IMG/VR virus record: IMGVR_UViG_3300045972_000291
Coordinates: 377 to 64,376 of that record
Source of the DNA: a virus
DNA: 64,000 nt
Direction: 5' to 3' (one strand)
The translations under genes and the position numbers were made by a program. Shown here piece after piece: positions 42,752-51,763 of this stretch. The notes under the pieces were generated by a model. That model had not been told where the DNA came from, made no database searches, and was given only the letters and a program-made list of their open reading frames with translations. How positions within the stretch are numbered: the first letter of the stretch is position 1; each line of letters opens with the position of its first letter.

Positions 42752-44833
42752 TTGGCGGCAACGGTGATCGACAGCCTCATTCTCGAGCTTGGGATTGACG
42801 CAAAAGAATTTCAGAAGGGCGAGAAAGCAGCTTCGGAGTCGCTCAAGAAAACGCGCGAGGAAGCGGAAAAGCACGGCAAGGGCATTGAGGAGGCGGGAGC
42901 CAAGGCCGCCGCGGCAATCAACAAAATCGCCACCGAGGCGCTGGGTCTCTTCGCAGTCCTGATCGGGGCGAACAGCATCAAGCAGTTCGTCGCCGACCTT
43001 ACGGAAAGCAATGCTGCGCTTGGCCGCCTGGCCTACAGCCTAAATGCATCGCCCCAAACGCTGGCCGCGTGGGGGATGGCCGTCGAGCGCATCGGCGGCA
43101 ATGCCGCGACCACGATGACAAGCATCCAAGGGCTTTCTGACAAGCTCTACGACCTGCACGTCAAGGGAAAGACGTTACCGGAAATGGCTCTGCGACTGCA
43201 GGCCGAAGGTCACGTCAATATCGACACCGAACACGGGCCGATGAAGGCAATCGAGGGCATCGCCGCCAACCTGAAAGCCGTCGCCGCCATCGACCCGGCG
43301 CGGGCGTCCTACCTTGGCCGCCAGATCGGGCTTGATCAAGACACCGTCACGCTGATGATCAAACACGGCGATCAGATCGGCGCTGTGATTGAAAAGCTGA
43401 AGAGGCTCGGCCCAACGCAGGCCGATATCGATGCAGCGCAAAAGCTGCAATCGTCCTGGGCGGAGTTGAAGCAGGAAGCGGTCAATCTTGGCCGTGAGGT
43501 GATGAGGGAGCTTGATCCGGGGCTGCAGGCCGCCGCTGACGCCATGATCAAATGGAACGCGGCGAACGGGGCGTGGATTGCCAGCGGCATTTCAGGGGCG
43601 ATCAAGGCCGAGGTGGCGTGGATCGAATTCGTGATCACGGAATTTGACAATCTGACGAAAGCCATCGGCGACGCCCAGTATGCGTATATCCACTTTTTCC
43701 ATCTCGACACGATCCTGGGCGTCACGCCGGCTCACGATGGCCAGCCTGCGACGGAAAACCCGGATTCGTGGGGCGGCCGGGCTCGGAAGTGGTTTGGCGA
43801 GAAGATCGGCGCTCCGGTCAAGAAATGGTATCATGACCAAGTTGATGGCGCGGCTCCCGCTGACACCGGAGGCCCGCGCACGGGCGGCTCGCGCTCCTAC
43901 AACAACAACAACCCCGGCAACATCAAATTCGGTGCCTGGGCGAAAGAGCACGGCGCGACCGGGGCGGATGAAAAAGGGTTTGCGATCTTCCCCGATGAGG
44001 CGACGGGCCGAAAGGCGCAGCGCGGTCTCTGGGAACGGGGCGATTATGCCGGCCTGACGGTCGAGGAGGCCGCGCGCAAATGGTCGGAAGGCGGCTATGG
44101 CGCCGGGGGGCTCGGGGTCGATCCGGGCAAAAAGTTTTCCGACTTGGACGAGTTCGAAAAACAGAAGGTCTTGGCGCGGCAGAGGAAGCGCGAGGGGTGG
44201 TTCGGCCCCGGGTCCGCGGTCGGTCGCGGCGGCCGATCCGACGCGATGGCGCCGGCAGGGACATCACCGCAGGAAGAAGGAACGGTCGTTGTCACGTCGA
44301 AGGGCGGAGCAAGATTTCGCGTCGCCTCCGAATTTGCCGAAAACTTCAAGGGCTTCATCGACGATTACGAGGCGGCCGGCGGCGTGATCGGCCCTAACCA
44401 TGGCGGACTGGGGGAGCGCAAAGGGAACGCGAGTTACCATCCCATCGGCCGCGCAATCGATGTCAACCAAATCGGGCGGAACGTCCGCGCGGGCGGCGTC
44501 ACTTTGCCGCAAGATGTCGAAGATGCGTTGGCCAAAAAATGGGGGCTACGCTCCGGCGCTAGCTTCAGCAGCCCGGATGGCGGTCACTTCGAGGTTAACG
44601 ACGCGACCAGGGCACGGGGAGCCTTGGGCGGCCTGCGCCCGCACACCGGCGCGCATCTCCGCGACCATATCCATCACCACAAGAGCGTGAAAAGCACGAC
44701 CTCCAGCGAGACGCACGTCGGGACCGTGATCGTTCATACGGCGGCGACAGACGCCAACGGCATCGCGCAGGAAATCGGCCCGGCGATCAAGCGCAATTCC
44801 TTCGCGTCGCTGGCGAACGCGGGGCCCTCGTGA
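42752..44833 (+). CDS. Tape measure protein with C-terminal lysozyme-like and M15 peptidase-like domains
   Basis: TVIDSLILELGID start, helical repeats; NNNPGNIK...FAIFP; SYHPIGRAIDV...DGGHFE. Confidence 0.85.
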   Translation: MAATVIDSLILELGIDAKEFQKGEKAASESLKKTREEAEKHGKGIEEAGAKAAAAINKIATEALGLFAVLIGANSIKQFVADLTESNAALGRLAYSLNASPQTLAAWGMAVERIGGNAATTMTSIQGLSDKLYDLHVKGKTLPEMALRLQAEGHVNIDTEHGPMKAIEGIAANLKAVAAIDPARASYLGRQIGLDQDTVTLMIKHGDQIGAVIEKLKRLGPTQADIDAAQKLQSSWAELKQEAVNLGREVMRELDPGLQAAADAMIKWNAANGAWIASGISGAIKAEVAWIEFVITEFDNLTKAIGDAQYAYIHFFHLDTILGVTPAHDGQPATENPDSWGGRARKWFGEKIGAPVKKWYHDQVDGAAPADTGGPRTGGSRSYNNNNPGNIKFGAWAKEHGATGADEKGFAIFPDEATGRKAQRGLWERGDYAGLTVEEAARKWSEGGYGAGGLGVDPGKKFSDLDEFEKQKVLARQRKREGWFGPGSAVGRGGRSDAMAPAGTSPQEEGTVVVTSKGGARFRVASEFAENFKGFIDDYEAAGGVIGPNHGGLGERKGNASYHPIGRAIDVNQIGRNVRAGGVTLPQDVEDALAKKWGLRSGASFSSPDGGHFEVNDATRARGALGGLRPHTGAHLRDHIHHHKSVKSTTSSETHVGTVIVHTAATDANGIAQEIGPAIKRNSFASLANAGPS

Positions 44834-44881
44834 TGGCAGATCCCGTGTAAAATGATAGCCTCCGAAAAATTGGAGGCAGAT

Positions 44882-45259
44882 ATGAAATACAGAACCGCGC
44901 CGACCCTCGTTATCGCTGGAATTTTATCGGCGACTTCCGCAGCCTCGGCCGGCCAATTGAGCGAGGATCAGGCGCGCAGGGCCGCTGCTCTTTTTGTAAG
45001 AGATTTCGGATTTGGGTCCGAGGGCGGTCAAGTCATACGCGTCCCAGACGGTCCCCTTGCCGAGAAATCTTTGGATGAAATCGCAAGTCATTTTGAGCAA
45101 ATACTGCTCGTTGTGCGGGGAAGCACAGGATACTGCGGCATAATCAAGGATCCCACCTGGGTTCTTATATGGGATTCGTCCGCGCCCAAATCATGGTTTG
45201 GCGGAAATCCGGTTATGATCAATGCGAGAACGGGCAAGCCCCTGGATTGCCGATCATAA
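44882..45259 (+). CDS. Secreted/periplasmic moron protein, PepSY-like
   Basis: SD GGAGG; signal peptide ending ASA; LSEDQARRAA...VMINARTGK; AT-richer than flanks. Confidence 0.65.
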   Translation: MKYRTAPTLVIAGILSATSAASAGQLSEDQARRAAALFVRDFGFGSEGGQVIRVPDGPLAEKSLDEIASHFEQILLVVRGSTGYCGIIKDPTWVLIWDSSAPKSWFGGNPVMINARTGKPLDCRS

Positions 45260-45286
45260 AGCTGACGTTCGCGGATTGGAGCAACA

Positions 45287-45892
45287 ATGGCAGACGTTCC
45301 AAATGTTGCCGGCGTCCCCGCTCTGCTGACCGGGTTTGCGCCCGGCGCCATCGGCGCGGCGCTCATGGTTGCTGACGTGGTAGGGCTTGTGTTTGGCTCC
45401 GTCGGGCCGCAATGGGGCATCTTCTCGGGCGGATCATCCGTCATTGCGGCCGATTCCGTGGCCAGCCTTGAATATAAACAGGACTGGGCCATCTGCGACT
45501 ATCCGGTGGAGCGGGGCGCGTTCGAGACTTACAATAAAGTTCAGGTTCCCTTCATGTCGCGCGTTCGGTTCATGGCCGGGGGCGCGGAGGGAAATCGCGC
45601 CGCGCTGCTTTCATCGATTGCTGCGATCGCGGGAGACTTCAATCTTTACGATGTCGCGACGCCGGAGACGACGTACATCAACGTGAACGTCAGCCACTAT
45701 GATTATCACCGCACAGCCACAAACGGCGTCGGTCTCCTTGTGGTCGATGTCTGGTTACAGGAGGTTCGCGTCGCTATCCAATCGGGGGCCAGTGTTGCGA
45801 GCGTCAGCGGAGCGCCGCAAGTCAACGGCGGCAGCCTCCAGCCCACGAAGCCAGAAGCGGGCGTTGCGGGACAATCCAGGAATATCGGTTGA
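45287..45892 (+). CDS. Baseplate/tail-initiator protein (Dit-like)
   Basis: ICDYPVERGAFETYNKVQVP; follows tape measure. Confidence 0.75.
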   Translation: MADVPNVAGVPALLTGFAPGAIGAALMVADVVGLVFGSVGPQWGIFSGGSSVIAADSVASLEYKQDWAICDYPVERGAFETYNKVQVPFMSRVRFMAGGAEGNRAALLSSIAAIAGDFNLYDVATPETTYINVNVSHYDYHRTATNGVGLLVVDVWLQEVRVAIQSGASVASVSGAPQVNGGSLQPTKPEAGVAGQSRNIG

Positions 45893-46194
45893 TGCTCACC
45901 GTCCCTTTGAAGGCAGTCCCATCGCAAGCGGTGACCGTGACGCTCGCAGGCCAAAACTGCCAGATCAACGTCTATCAGAGGTTTTATGGCCTTTTCGTCG
46001 ATCTCTACGTCGACAATGCACTCGTCATCGCCGGGGTTCTGGCGCTGAACCTCAACAAGATCGTGCGCAGCGCCTATTTCGGATTCTCCGGCGACCTCGC
46101 CTTTGTGGATACCCAAGGCGCTGACGACCCGTCATATTCCGGGCTCGGGTCGCGCTTCGTGCTGGCCTATTGGGATGCGGGTGAGATGGGGTAG
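45889..46194 (+). CDS. Small baseplate protein
   Basis: PLKAVPSQ...GFSGDLAFVDTQGADDPSYSGLGSRF. Confidence 0.75.
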   Translation: MMLTVPLKAVPSQAVTVTLAGQNCQINVYQRFYGLFVDLYVDNALVIAGVLALNLNKIVRSAYFGFSGDLAFVDTQGADDPSYSGLGSRFVLAYWDAGEMG

Positions 46195-46213
46195 TAGTAT
46201 AGAGTTTCTGTGT

Positions 46214-46528
46214 TTAATTGCCGTGCGTACTGTCAATTGCCTTGCTCATAAAAACAAGCACACCCCAAGCGCACGCATCAGCGTTTAGCCCGCTTATACG
46301 GCAATTCAGCATCGATTTTCTTAATTCTGGCTCGCATTGTTTTTGATAAAAATGCAATTCTTGCTCGTCATCACCTATGCGGTCTTTCCGGATGCGGTCA
46401 GAATTGGACCAAATGCACGCGATTATAGCCTTATCCGTATCATCGTTTTGCGCAGATACGACGCCAGCATGGGCGACGGATGGAAAAATCTGAGCAAAAC
46501 ACAGAAGGGCAACGGTCGAAAGTTTCAT
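46214..46528 (-). CDS. Secreted Cys-containing moron protein
   Basis: Signal peptide MKLSTVALLCFAQIFPSVAHA; four Cys in the mature part; antisense to late operon; AT-rich. Confidence 0.7.
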   Translation of the reverse strand: MKLSTVALLCFAQIFPSVAHAGVVSAQNDDTDKAIIACIWSNSDRIRKDRIGDDEQELHFYQKQCEPELRKSMLNCRISGLNADACAWGVLVFMSKAIDSTHGN

Positions 46529-46555
46529 GGGTTTCCCCCCAAAAAGGAGGCCAGC

Positions 46556-46732
46556 CTATTTCGCCAGTGCGATCTCGACAAGACGGCGGATAGCCTCAGG
46601 GTGGGAAGGTTTGGGGTCGGGCTGCTCTTCAATGAAGGAATCGAGCGCGGCAAGCTCGGGCGGGTGAAGACGTACGCCAATCATGCTGATCCGCGACCTG
46701 CTCGCGCTCTGACCTTCTGAAAAACTGACCAT
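46556..46732 (-). CDS. Ribbon-helix-helix (Arc/CopG-like) regulator, 58 aa
   Basis: Hand-translated (below track cutoff): MVSFSEGQSASRSRISMIGVRLHPPELAALDSFIEEQPDPKPSHPEAIRRLVEIALAK. Confidence 0.75.
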   Translation of the reverse strand: MVSFSEGQSASRSRISMIGVRLHPPELAALDSFIEEQPDPKPSHPEAIRRLVEIALAK

Positions 46733-46785
46733 CCAAGAACTTCACCCCCATGGCTGGGGATGATGAGCGCGACCGGATTCCCGAG

Positions 46786-46858
46786 CTTCTTTGCCGGGGT
46801 CGGTCGCTTTGCGACTGCCCGCCGCGTTCCGGGTCCAGCCAGGACCCCGGCAAAGGAG
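46786..46858 (+). promoter_or_regulatory. Hairpin sequestering the antirepressor SD
   Basis: CTTTGCCGGGGTC (46789-801) / GACCCCGGCAAAG (46843-855), 13-bp perfect stem overlapping AAGGAG (46853-58). Confidence 0.65.
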
Positions 46859-46867
46859 AACCTGAAC

Positions 46868-47692
46868 ATGGAAAATAGAGAACTTCGCACCGTCCCGTTT
46901 CACGGCGACGAAATCGTGACCTTCGAAGCCGAGGGCGTGCGCTATGTCGCAATGCGCCGGATCGTCGAGAACATGGGTCTGAGCTGGGGAAGCCAGCACG
47001 ACAAGCTTATGGATCAAAAGACGAAATTCAGTTGTACCGATATCGCCACAACTGGCGCTGACGGCAAAATCTATGAAATGCTCGCCATGCCAGTCGAAAA
47101 GCTTCCCCTTTGGCTGGCGTCAATCAACCCGAACAAGATCAAGTCCGAGCCGACGCGCGCCAAGGTCGAGCGCTACCAGGCCGAATCCGCCATCGCTCTG
47201 CATGACTATTGGACCAAGGGCGTCGCGGTGCGCGGCGACATGGATGGCGTCGTGACCGATATCGGCGCCGAGGTCAGGCGGGCCATCGGCGGGATCGTCA
47301 AGGGCATCGTCCACAAAGAACTTGTTTCCGTGCTGCCGCAGATGGTTGAAAGCGCCATCGTTGCGGATTCCCGGCGCGCGGCGCTCAATGTCGTGTCGGT
47401 GCGCCAACTTACGGCGGACGCCATCGAGAAGGGCCGCAACAGCGTCAATCGCAAGATCGGCTACGGTCTGCGCAATCGCGCCGCCGCCGATCCCGATGGC
47501 GGCAAAGCATTCCGATGCCCACATACCGGCGTTTGGCTCTTTGATCGCGCCTTTGCCGAGAGGTTCATGCGCGAGGCTGGAGACACGATGGTGCGCGCAC
47601 ATAACGACCGGATACGGGGCCAGGGCGTATTGAAGCTCGTGCCGCCCAAGCCGGAGAAAGACGAAAGCGATCTTCCAGGACGTCCGGCCTGA
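46868..47692 (+). CDS. P22 Ant-like antirepressor
   Basis: VPFHGDEI...YVAMRRIVENMGLSWGSQ...LPLWLASINPNKIK...YQAES..ALHDYWTKG. Confidence 0.88.
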   Translation: MENRELRTVPFHGDEIVTFEAEGVRYVAMRRIVENMGLSWGSQHDKLMDQKTKFSCTDIATTGADGKIYEMLAMPVEKLPLWLASINPNKIKSEPTRAKVERYQAESAIALHDYWTKGVAVRGDMDGVVTDIGAEVRRAIGGIVKGIVHKELVSVLPQMVESAIVADSRRAALNVVSVRQLTADAIEKGRNSVNRKIGYGLRNRAAADPDGGKAFRCPHTGVWLFDRAFAERFMREAGDTMVRAHNDRIRGQGVLKLVPPKPEKDESDLPGRPA

Positions 47693-47718
47693 TTTTTCGC
47701 CCGATTCGCATCAATCAG

Positions 47719-47743
47719 GCCGCCTTCGGGCGGCTTTTTCTTT
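47719..47743 (+). terminator. Rho-independent terminator after antirepressor
   Basis: GCCGCC-TTCG-GGCGGC followed by TTTTTCTTT. Confidence 0.88.
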
Positions 47744-47757
47744 GAAGGCGTCGCAGA

Positions 47758-48627
47758 ATGACTTTCGTCAAGCGAGAAATCTCCGTTTCCTTCAATCTGG
47801 CAAAAGGTAATTTCGAGGGCGGCGGCAACAAGGCGACTGTGACCGGCTTGCGCATTTCGGCTCACATCCTCAACGCCGGGGGCGGCCATGCTGGCACGCT
47901 CGCGATGACGATCTACGGCCTCCCTTTATCGATGATGAACCAGCTTACAACGCTGGGAACGCGAACAAATTACATCTACCAGAACACCGTTTCCGTCATG
48001 GCGGGAGACGCCATCGCTGGCATGAATTTGGTTTTCAAAGGGAACATCACTTACGCGTGGACCGACGCGGCGTCGCAGCCGAAGGTCTGCTTCCGCCTTG
48101 AGGCCGTCGCCAGCGGAGATCAGATGGTGAAATCGGCGCCGCCGACGAGTTATCAAGGCGCCGCCGATGTTGCGACGATCATGGGGAAGTTGGCGAAGGC
48201 CATGGGCCTTTCGTTCGAAAACAATGGCGTCAACGTCAAAATAGCGAACCCCTATCTTGCCGGGTCCCCGTGGCATCAAGTGCTCGCACTGGCTCAGCAT
48301 GCGGGCATCGAGCACATCATCGACAAGGGGACGCTGGCGATCTGGAACAGCGGCCAGTCCCGAAAAAAGGGGCCGGTCCTGATCTCCCCGTCGACAGGCA
48401 TGGTCGGCTACCCGGCATTCAACGAGAGCGCGATCGTCGTCAAATCGATCTTCAATCCATCGCTCGACCCCGGCGCCGAGATCACCGTCAAAAGCGACCT
48501 GACGCCGGCATGCGGCACTTGGAATGTTACCGGCGTCGAGCACGATCTTGAAAGCGAAGTCTATCAGGGGCGGTGGTTTACGTCCGTCGTCGCCACGACG
48601 CCGCACCAACCGGGACTGACGCCATGA
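47758..48627 (+). CDS. Baseplate hub protein
   Basis: KREISVSF, IYGLPLSMMNQL, ISPSTGMVGYP. Confidence 0.82.
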   Translation: MTFVKREISVSFNLAKGNFEGGGNKATVTGLRISAHILNAGGGHAGTLAMTIYGLPLSMMNQLTTLGTRTNYIYQNTVSVMAGDAIAGMNLVFKGNITYAWTDAASQPKVCFRLEAVASGDQMVKSAPPTSYQGAADVATIMGKLAKAMGLSFENNGVNVKIANPYLAGSPWHQVLALAQHAGIEHIIDKGTLAIWNSGQSRKKGPVLISPSTGMVGYPAFNESAIVVKSIFNPSLDPGAEITVKSDLTPACGTWNVTGVEHDLESEVYQGRWFTSVVATTPHQPGLTP

Positions 48628-49232
48628 GCGATGATGGAAGCGCCGGATGGGTCGGCCTCACCGACTCCAATTCGGAGTTCAATCGGCATTCGTTTCATGT
48701 GCGCCAGCATCTCGCCAAAGTCCGCACCGCCACCCCCGTCAAAATCATCGCCGTCACCGGCACAAGCCCGAATTTCATCGTCTCCGTCCAGCCGCTCGTC
48801 AACCAGGTCGACGGCGCCGGCAACGCGACGCCGCACGGCGTGATCCATGGAATCCCGGTCACGTCGATGTCGGGCGGAAACGGCCACGTCACCGTCAAAC
48901 CGAAAGTCGGCGACCAGGGCCTGATGGCGATCTGCGACCGCGACATATCGGCGGTCAAGGCCAATGCCGGGCAGGCCAATCCGGGATCGAGACGGCGGCA
49001 TGACCTCGCCGACGGCGTCTATCTCGGCGGGTTCGGCAACATGAACGGCGCGCCGCCCCAAAGCGTCACCTTCGATGAGGCCGGCGTCCATATCGTCGGC
49101 GCGCCGGCGGTCAATATCACCGGCAACCTGACCGTGACAGGCACGATCACGGCGGGGTTCGGCACCGGCGATGCGGTGACGCTGCAGCAGCACAAGCACG
49201 CCGGCGGCCCGGTTCCAGATGCGGGGACATGA
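48624..49232 (+). CDS. Baseplate spike (Gp138/gpV-like)
   Basis: VQPLVNQVDG, PKVGDQG...CDRDIS, RRHDLADG; C-terminal HxH (QHKH) tip motif. Confidence 0.87.
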   Translation: MSDDGSAGWVGLTDSNSEFNRHSFHVRQHLAKVRTATPVKIIAVTGTSPNFIVSVQPLVNQVDGAGNATPHGVIHGIPVTSMSGGNGHVTVKPKVGDQGLMAICDRDISAVKANAGQANPGSRRRHDLADGVYLGGFGNMNGAPPQSVTFDEAGVHIVGAPAVNITGNLTVTGTITAGFGTGDAVTLQQHKHAGGPVPDAGT

Positions 49233-49235
49233 TCG

Positions 49236-49586
49236 TTGAAAACCATTCTTCTTGATCGCTCGACCTGGGACCTTGTCCTCGATGCCCAACGCAATCTAGC
49301 CGTCGCGACGGAGCCCTATCGGCTGGCGCAGGATGCAGCCTCCGCCTGCCGGGCTTTCCTTGGCGAGGTCTGGTACGACACCAAGAAGGGTATCCCCTAT
49401 TGGGGTCAAATCCTTGGTCACAGACCGCCACTTTCCCTGATCAAGGCGAAAATGGTTGCGGTCGCCATGACGGTTCCGGGCGTCGTCGCGGCGCAGTGCT
49501 TCATCTCTTCCGTCGCCGACCGCACCGTTCGCGGTCAAATTCAGGTCACGGACGCCAACGGCGTCATCACAGCGGCGGCGTTCTGA
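49236..49586 (+). CDS. Baseplate wedge / sheath initiator (gp25/gpW-like)
   Basis: WDLVLDA..NLA...[13 protein letters not shown]. Confidence 0.8.
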   Translation: MKTILLDRSTWDLVLDAQRNLAVATEPYRLAQDAASACRAFLGEVWYDTKKGIPYWGQILGHRPPLSLIKAKMVAVAMTVPGVVAAQCFISSVADRTVRGQIQVTDANGVITAAAF

Positions 49587-49588
49587 CC

Positions 49589-51022
49589 ATGACGGCAACG
49601 ACCAACGTTCCGGCGCCGATCTGGACGCCCACTGGATTTCAGGCGCCCGCCGAGCTCGATATCCTCACCGCGCGGCAGGCCGACATCAACACCGCGCTTG
49701 GCGGCGACGTCAATCCAGACTTGACCACACCGCAGGGGCAGTTGGCCTCCAGCGAAACCGCGATCATCGGGAATGTGAACGACGCCTTCCTGTTCATGGC
49801 GTCGCAGTTCGATCCCAAATACGCCGTGGGGCGCAATCAGGACGCCCTGGCCCGCATCTATTTCATCGAGCGCAATCCCGCGCAGCCCACCGTTCTTCAG
49901 ATCGCATGCACCGGCCTGGCTGGCGTCGTCATCCCCGTCAATGCGCTGATCCAGGACGCATCGGGCAGCACTTATGCCTGCACCGAAGCCGGGGTCATCC
50001 CCGAGGGCGGCTCGATCTCGCTGCCTTTCGCCAACACCGTCACCGGCGCCATCGCCGTCCCCTCATCGACGGCCGTCTCGATTTACCAGTCGATCCCTGG
50101 CTGGGACAATGTGACGTGCGAAGGCGGAACCATCGGGCGGCCGGTCGAAAGCCGGAGCGATTTCGAGGCCCGGCGCGCGCTCTCGGTTGCCCTGAATTCG
50201 AACGGCTCCCTGCCGTCCATCATCGGATCGGTGCTTTCCGTCGCCGATGTCATCGACGCCATCGCCGTCGAAAACGATACCGGATCGGCCGCGACCACTG
50301 GCGGCGTTTCGCTGGTCCCGCACTCGATCTATGTCGCGGTCGTCGGCGGCGACGCTCAGGCGGTTGCTGAGGCGATCTGGAAAAAGAAGGGGCCTGGCTG
50401 CTCCTATAACGGCAACACGACCATGACTGTGCTGGATACCGGAAACGGCTACGCTCTGCCCTATCCGGCATATTCGGTTTCTTTCCAAATTCCGGCGGCG
50501 CTCCCGATCCTATTCTCGGTCGTCATCGTCAATTCGTCGCTCGTCCCATCCAATGCCGCAGCCCTGATCCAGAACGCCATTATTTCCGCCTTTGCCGGAG
50601 GCGACGGCGGCCCGCGCGCGCGGATCGGGTCCGAGGTGCTGGCGAGCCGTTACTACGCGCCTATCGCCGCCATTGGCCCTTGGATGCAGATCGTCTCCAT
50701 CGAAATTGGGTCGATCAATTCCGCCGCGGCAACGTTTGGCGGCTCGATTTCGGGCAACACGCTGACGGTCTCTTCCATCGCATCGGGCGCGCTCGCTGTC
50801 GGGCAGACGATCATGGACGCAAGTGGCAGAATCGCCACCGGAACGCAGATCACGGCGCTTGGGACCGGAACAGGCGGAACCGGAACCTATACCGTCAACG
50901 CGCCTCAGACCGTCGCGCTGGAGCCCATGCGGGCGGTTGTGCCGGGCCTGTTCAAAATCCAGACCAACATCAACCAGGTCCCCTCGATCACGGCCCAAAA
51001 CATCGCGGTTTCATTCGGATGA
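49589..51022 (+). CDS. Baseplate J-like protein with inserted beta-rich module
   Basis: [49 protein letters not shown]. Confidence 0.87.
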   Translation: MTATTNVPAPIWTPTGFQAPAELDILTARQADINTALGGDVNPDLTTPQGQLASSETAIIGNVNDAFLFMASQFDPKYAVGRNQDALARIYFIERNPAQPTVLQIACTGLAGVVIPVNALIQDASGSTYACTEAGVIPEGGSISLPFANTVTGAIAVPSSTAVSIYQSIPGWDNVTCEGGTIGRPVESRSDFEARRALSVALNSNGSLPSIIGSVLSVADVIDAIAVENDTGSAATTGGVSLVPHSIYVAVVGGDAQAVAEAIWKKKGPGCSYNGNTTMTVLDTGNGYALPYPAYSVSFQIPAALPILFSVVIVNSSLVPSNAAALIQNAIISAFAGGDGGPRARIGSEVLASRYYAPIAAIGPWMQIVSIEIGSINSAAATFGGSISGNTLTVSSIASGALAVGQTIMDASGRIATGTQITALGTGTGGTGTYTVNAPQTVALEPMRAVVPGLFKIQTNINQVPSITAQNIAVSFG

Positions 51023-51753
51023 GCGGCGGAATTATCGAGACCGGCCCTGACTATCCGCCCGCGCCGTCGCAGCGGGTCCCAACCAATGGCGAAATCGTCC
51101 CCTTCAATTATTGGCAGACCGTCATCGCGCAATACGCGAACAGTCCTGGCCTGATCGGGATCATTGGAAGTTTCGCAGCCGCCGTCGATCAGTCCGCCAA
51201 TATCGATGCGTTCTACCGGTTGGTCATGAACATCGACTCTGCCGTCGAATACGGGCTCGATTGCTGGGGCCGCATCGTCGGTGTCACGCGCACGCTTTAC
51301 GTGCCTGACGTCAAATGGTTCGGTTTCTCTCAAGGCGCGCCGAATTCGGTCGGGTTCGGCCAAGGGCCGTTCTACGCCGGCGAGTCGCTCAACAACAATT
51401 ATCGGCTGGCGGACAATTCCTACCGGACGCTGATTTTCGCAAAGGCGATGGCAAATATTTCGGATGGGTCGATCCCGAGCATCAATAAAATCCTGATGGC
51501 GCTCTTCCCGGGTCGGGGCAATTGCTATTGCACCGACGCGCCCATGGCCGTCCCTTATTTCGGCTTTTCTCAAGGCGCTCCAGGATCGGTCGGGTTCGGA
51601 CAGGGCCCGTTCTACATGGGTGAAGGTTTTGGCGGGATGACCATGACTTACACCTTCGAGTTTCCGCTTTCGAACATCGAACTCGCCATCGTGCAGCAAT
51701 CCGGCGTGCTCCCGAAGCCGACCGGCGTCGCCGCCCGCGTCGTCATCATCTGA
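51019..51753 (+). CDS. DUF2612-like baseplate protein (gpI-like)
   Basis: [32 protein letters not shown]; internal duplication of [18 protein letters not shown]. Confidence 0.85.
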   Translation: MSGGIIETGPDYPPAPSQRVPTNGEIVPFNYWQTVIAQYANSPGLIGIIGSFAAAVDQSANIDAFYRLVMNIDSAVEYGLDCWGRIVGVTRTLYVPDVKWFGFSQGAPNSVGFGQGPFYAGESLNNNYRLADNSYRTLIFAKAMANISDGSIPSINKILMALFPGRGNCYCTDAPMAVPYFGFSQGAPGSVGFGQGPFYMGEGFGGMTMTYTFEFPLSNIELAIVQQSGVLPKPTGVAARVVII

Positions 51754-51763
51754 GGATCTGTCA

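Noticed and set aside
46760-46867. C4 antisense RNA family member upstream of the antirepressor
   Set aside because: I could not identify the C4 cloverleaf or a/b target repeats; kept only as an RBS-sequestering hairpin pending an Rfam search
51316-51615. Duplicated [18 protein letters not shown] segment as a TR/VR pair
   Set aside because: Both copies are in-frame in one gene and the differences are mostly synonymous and not adenine-specific; ordinary internal duplication
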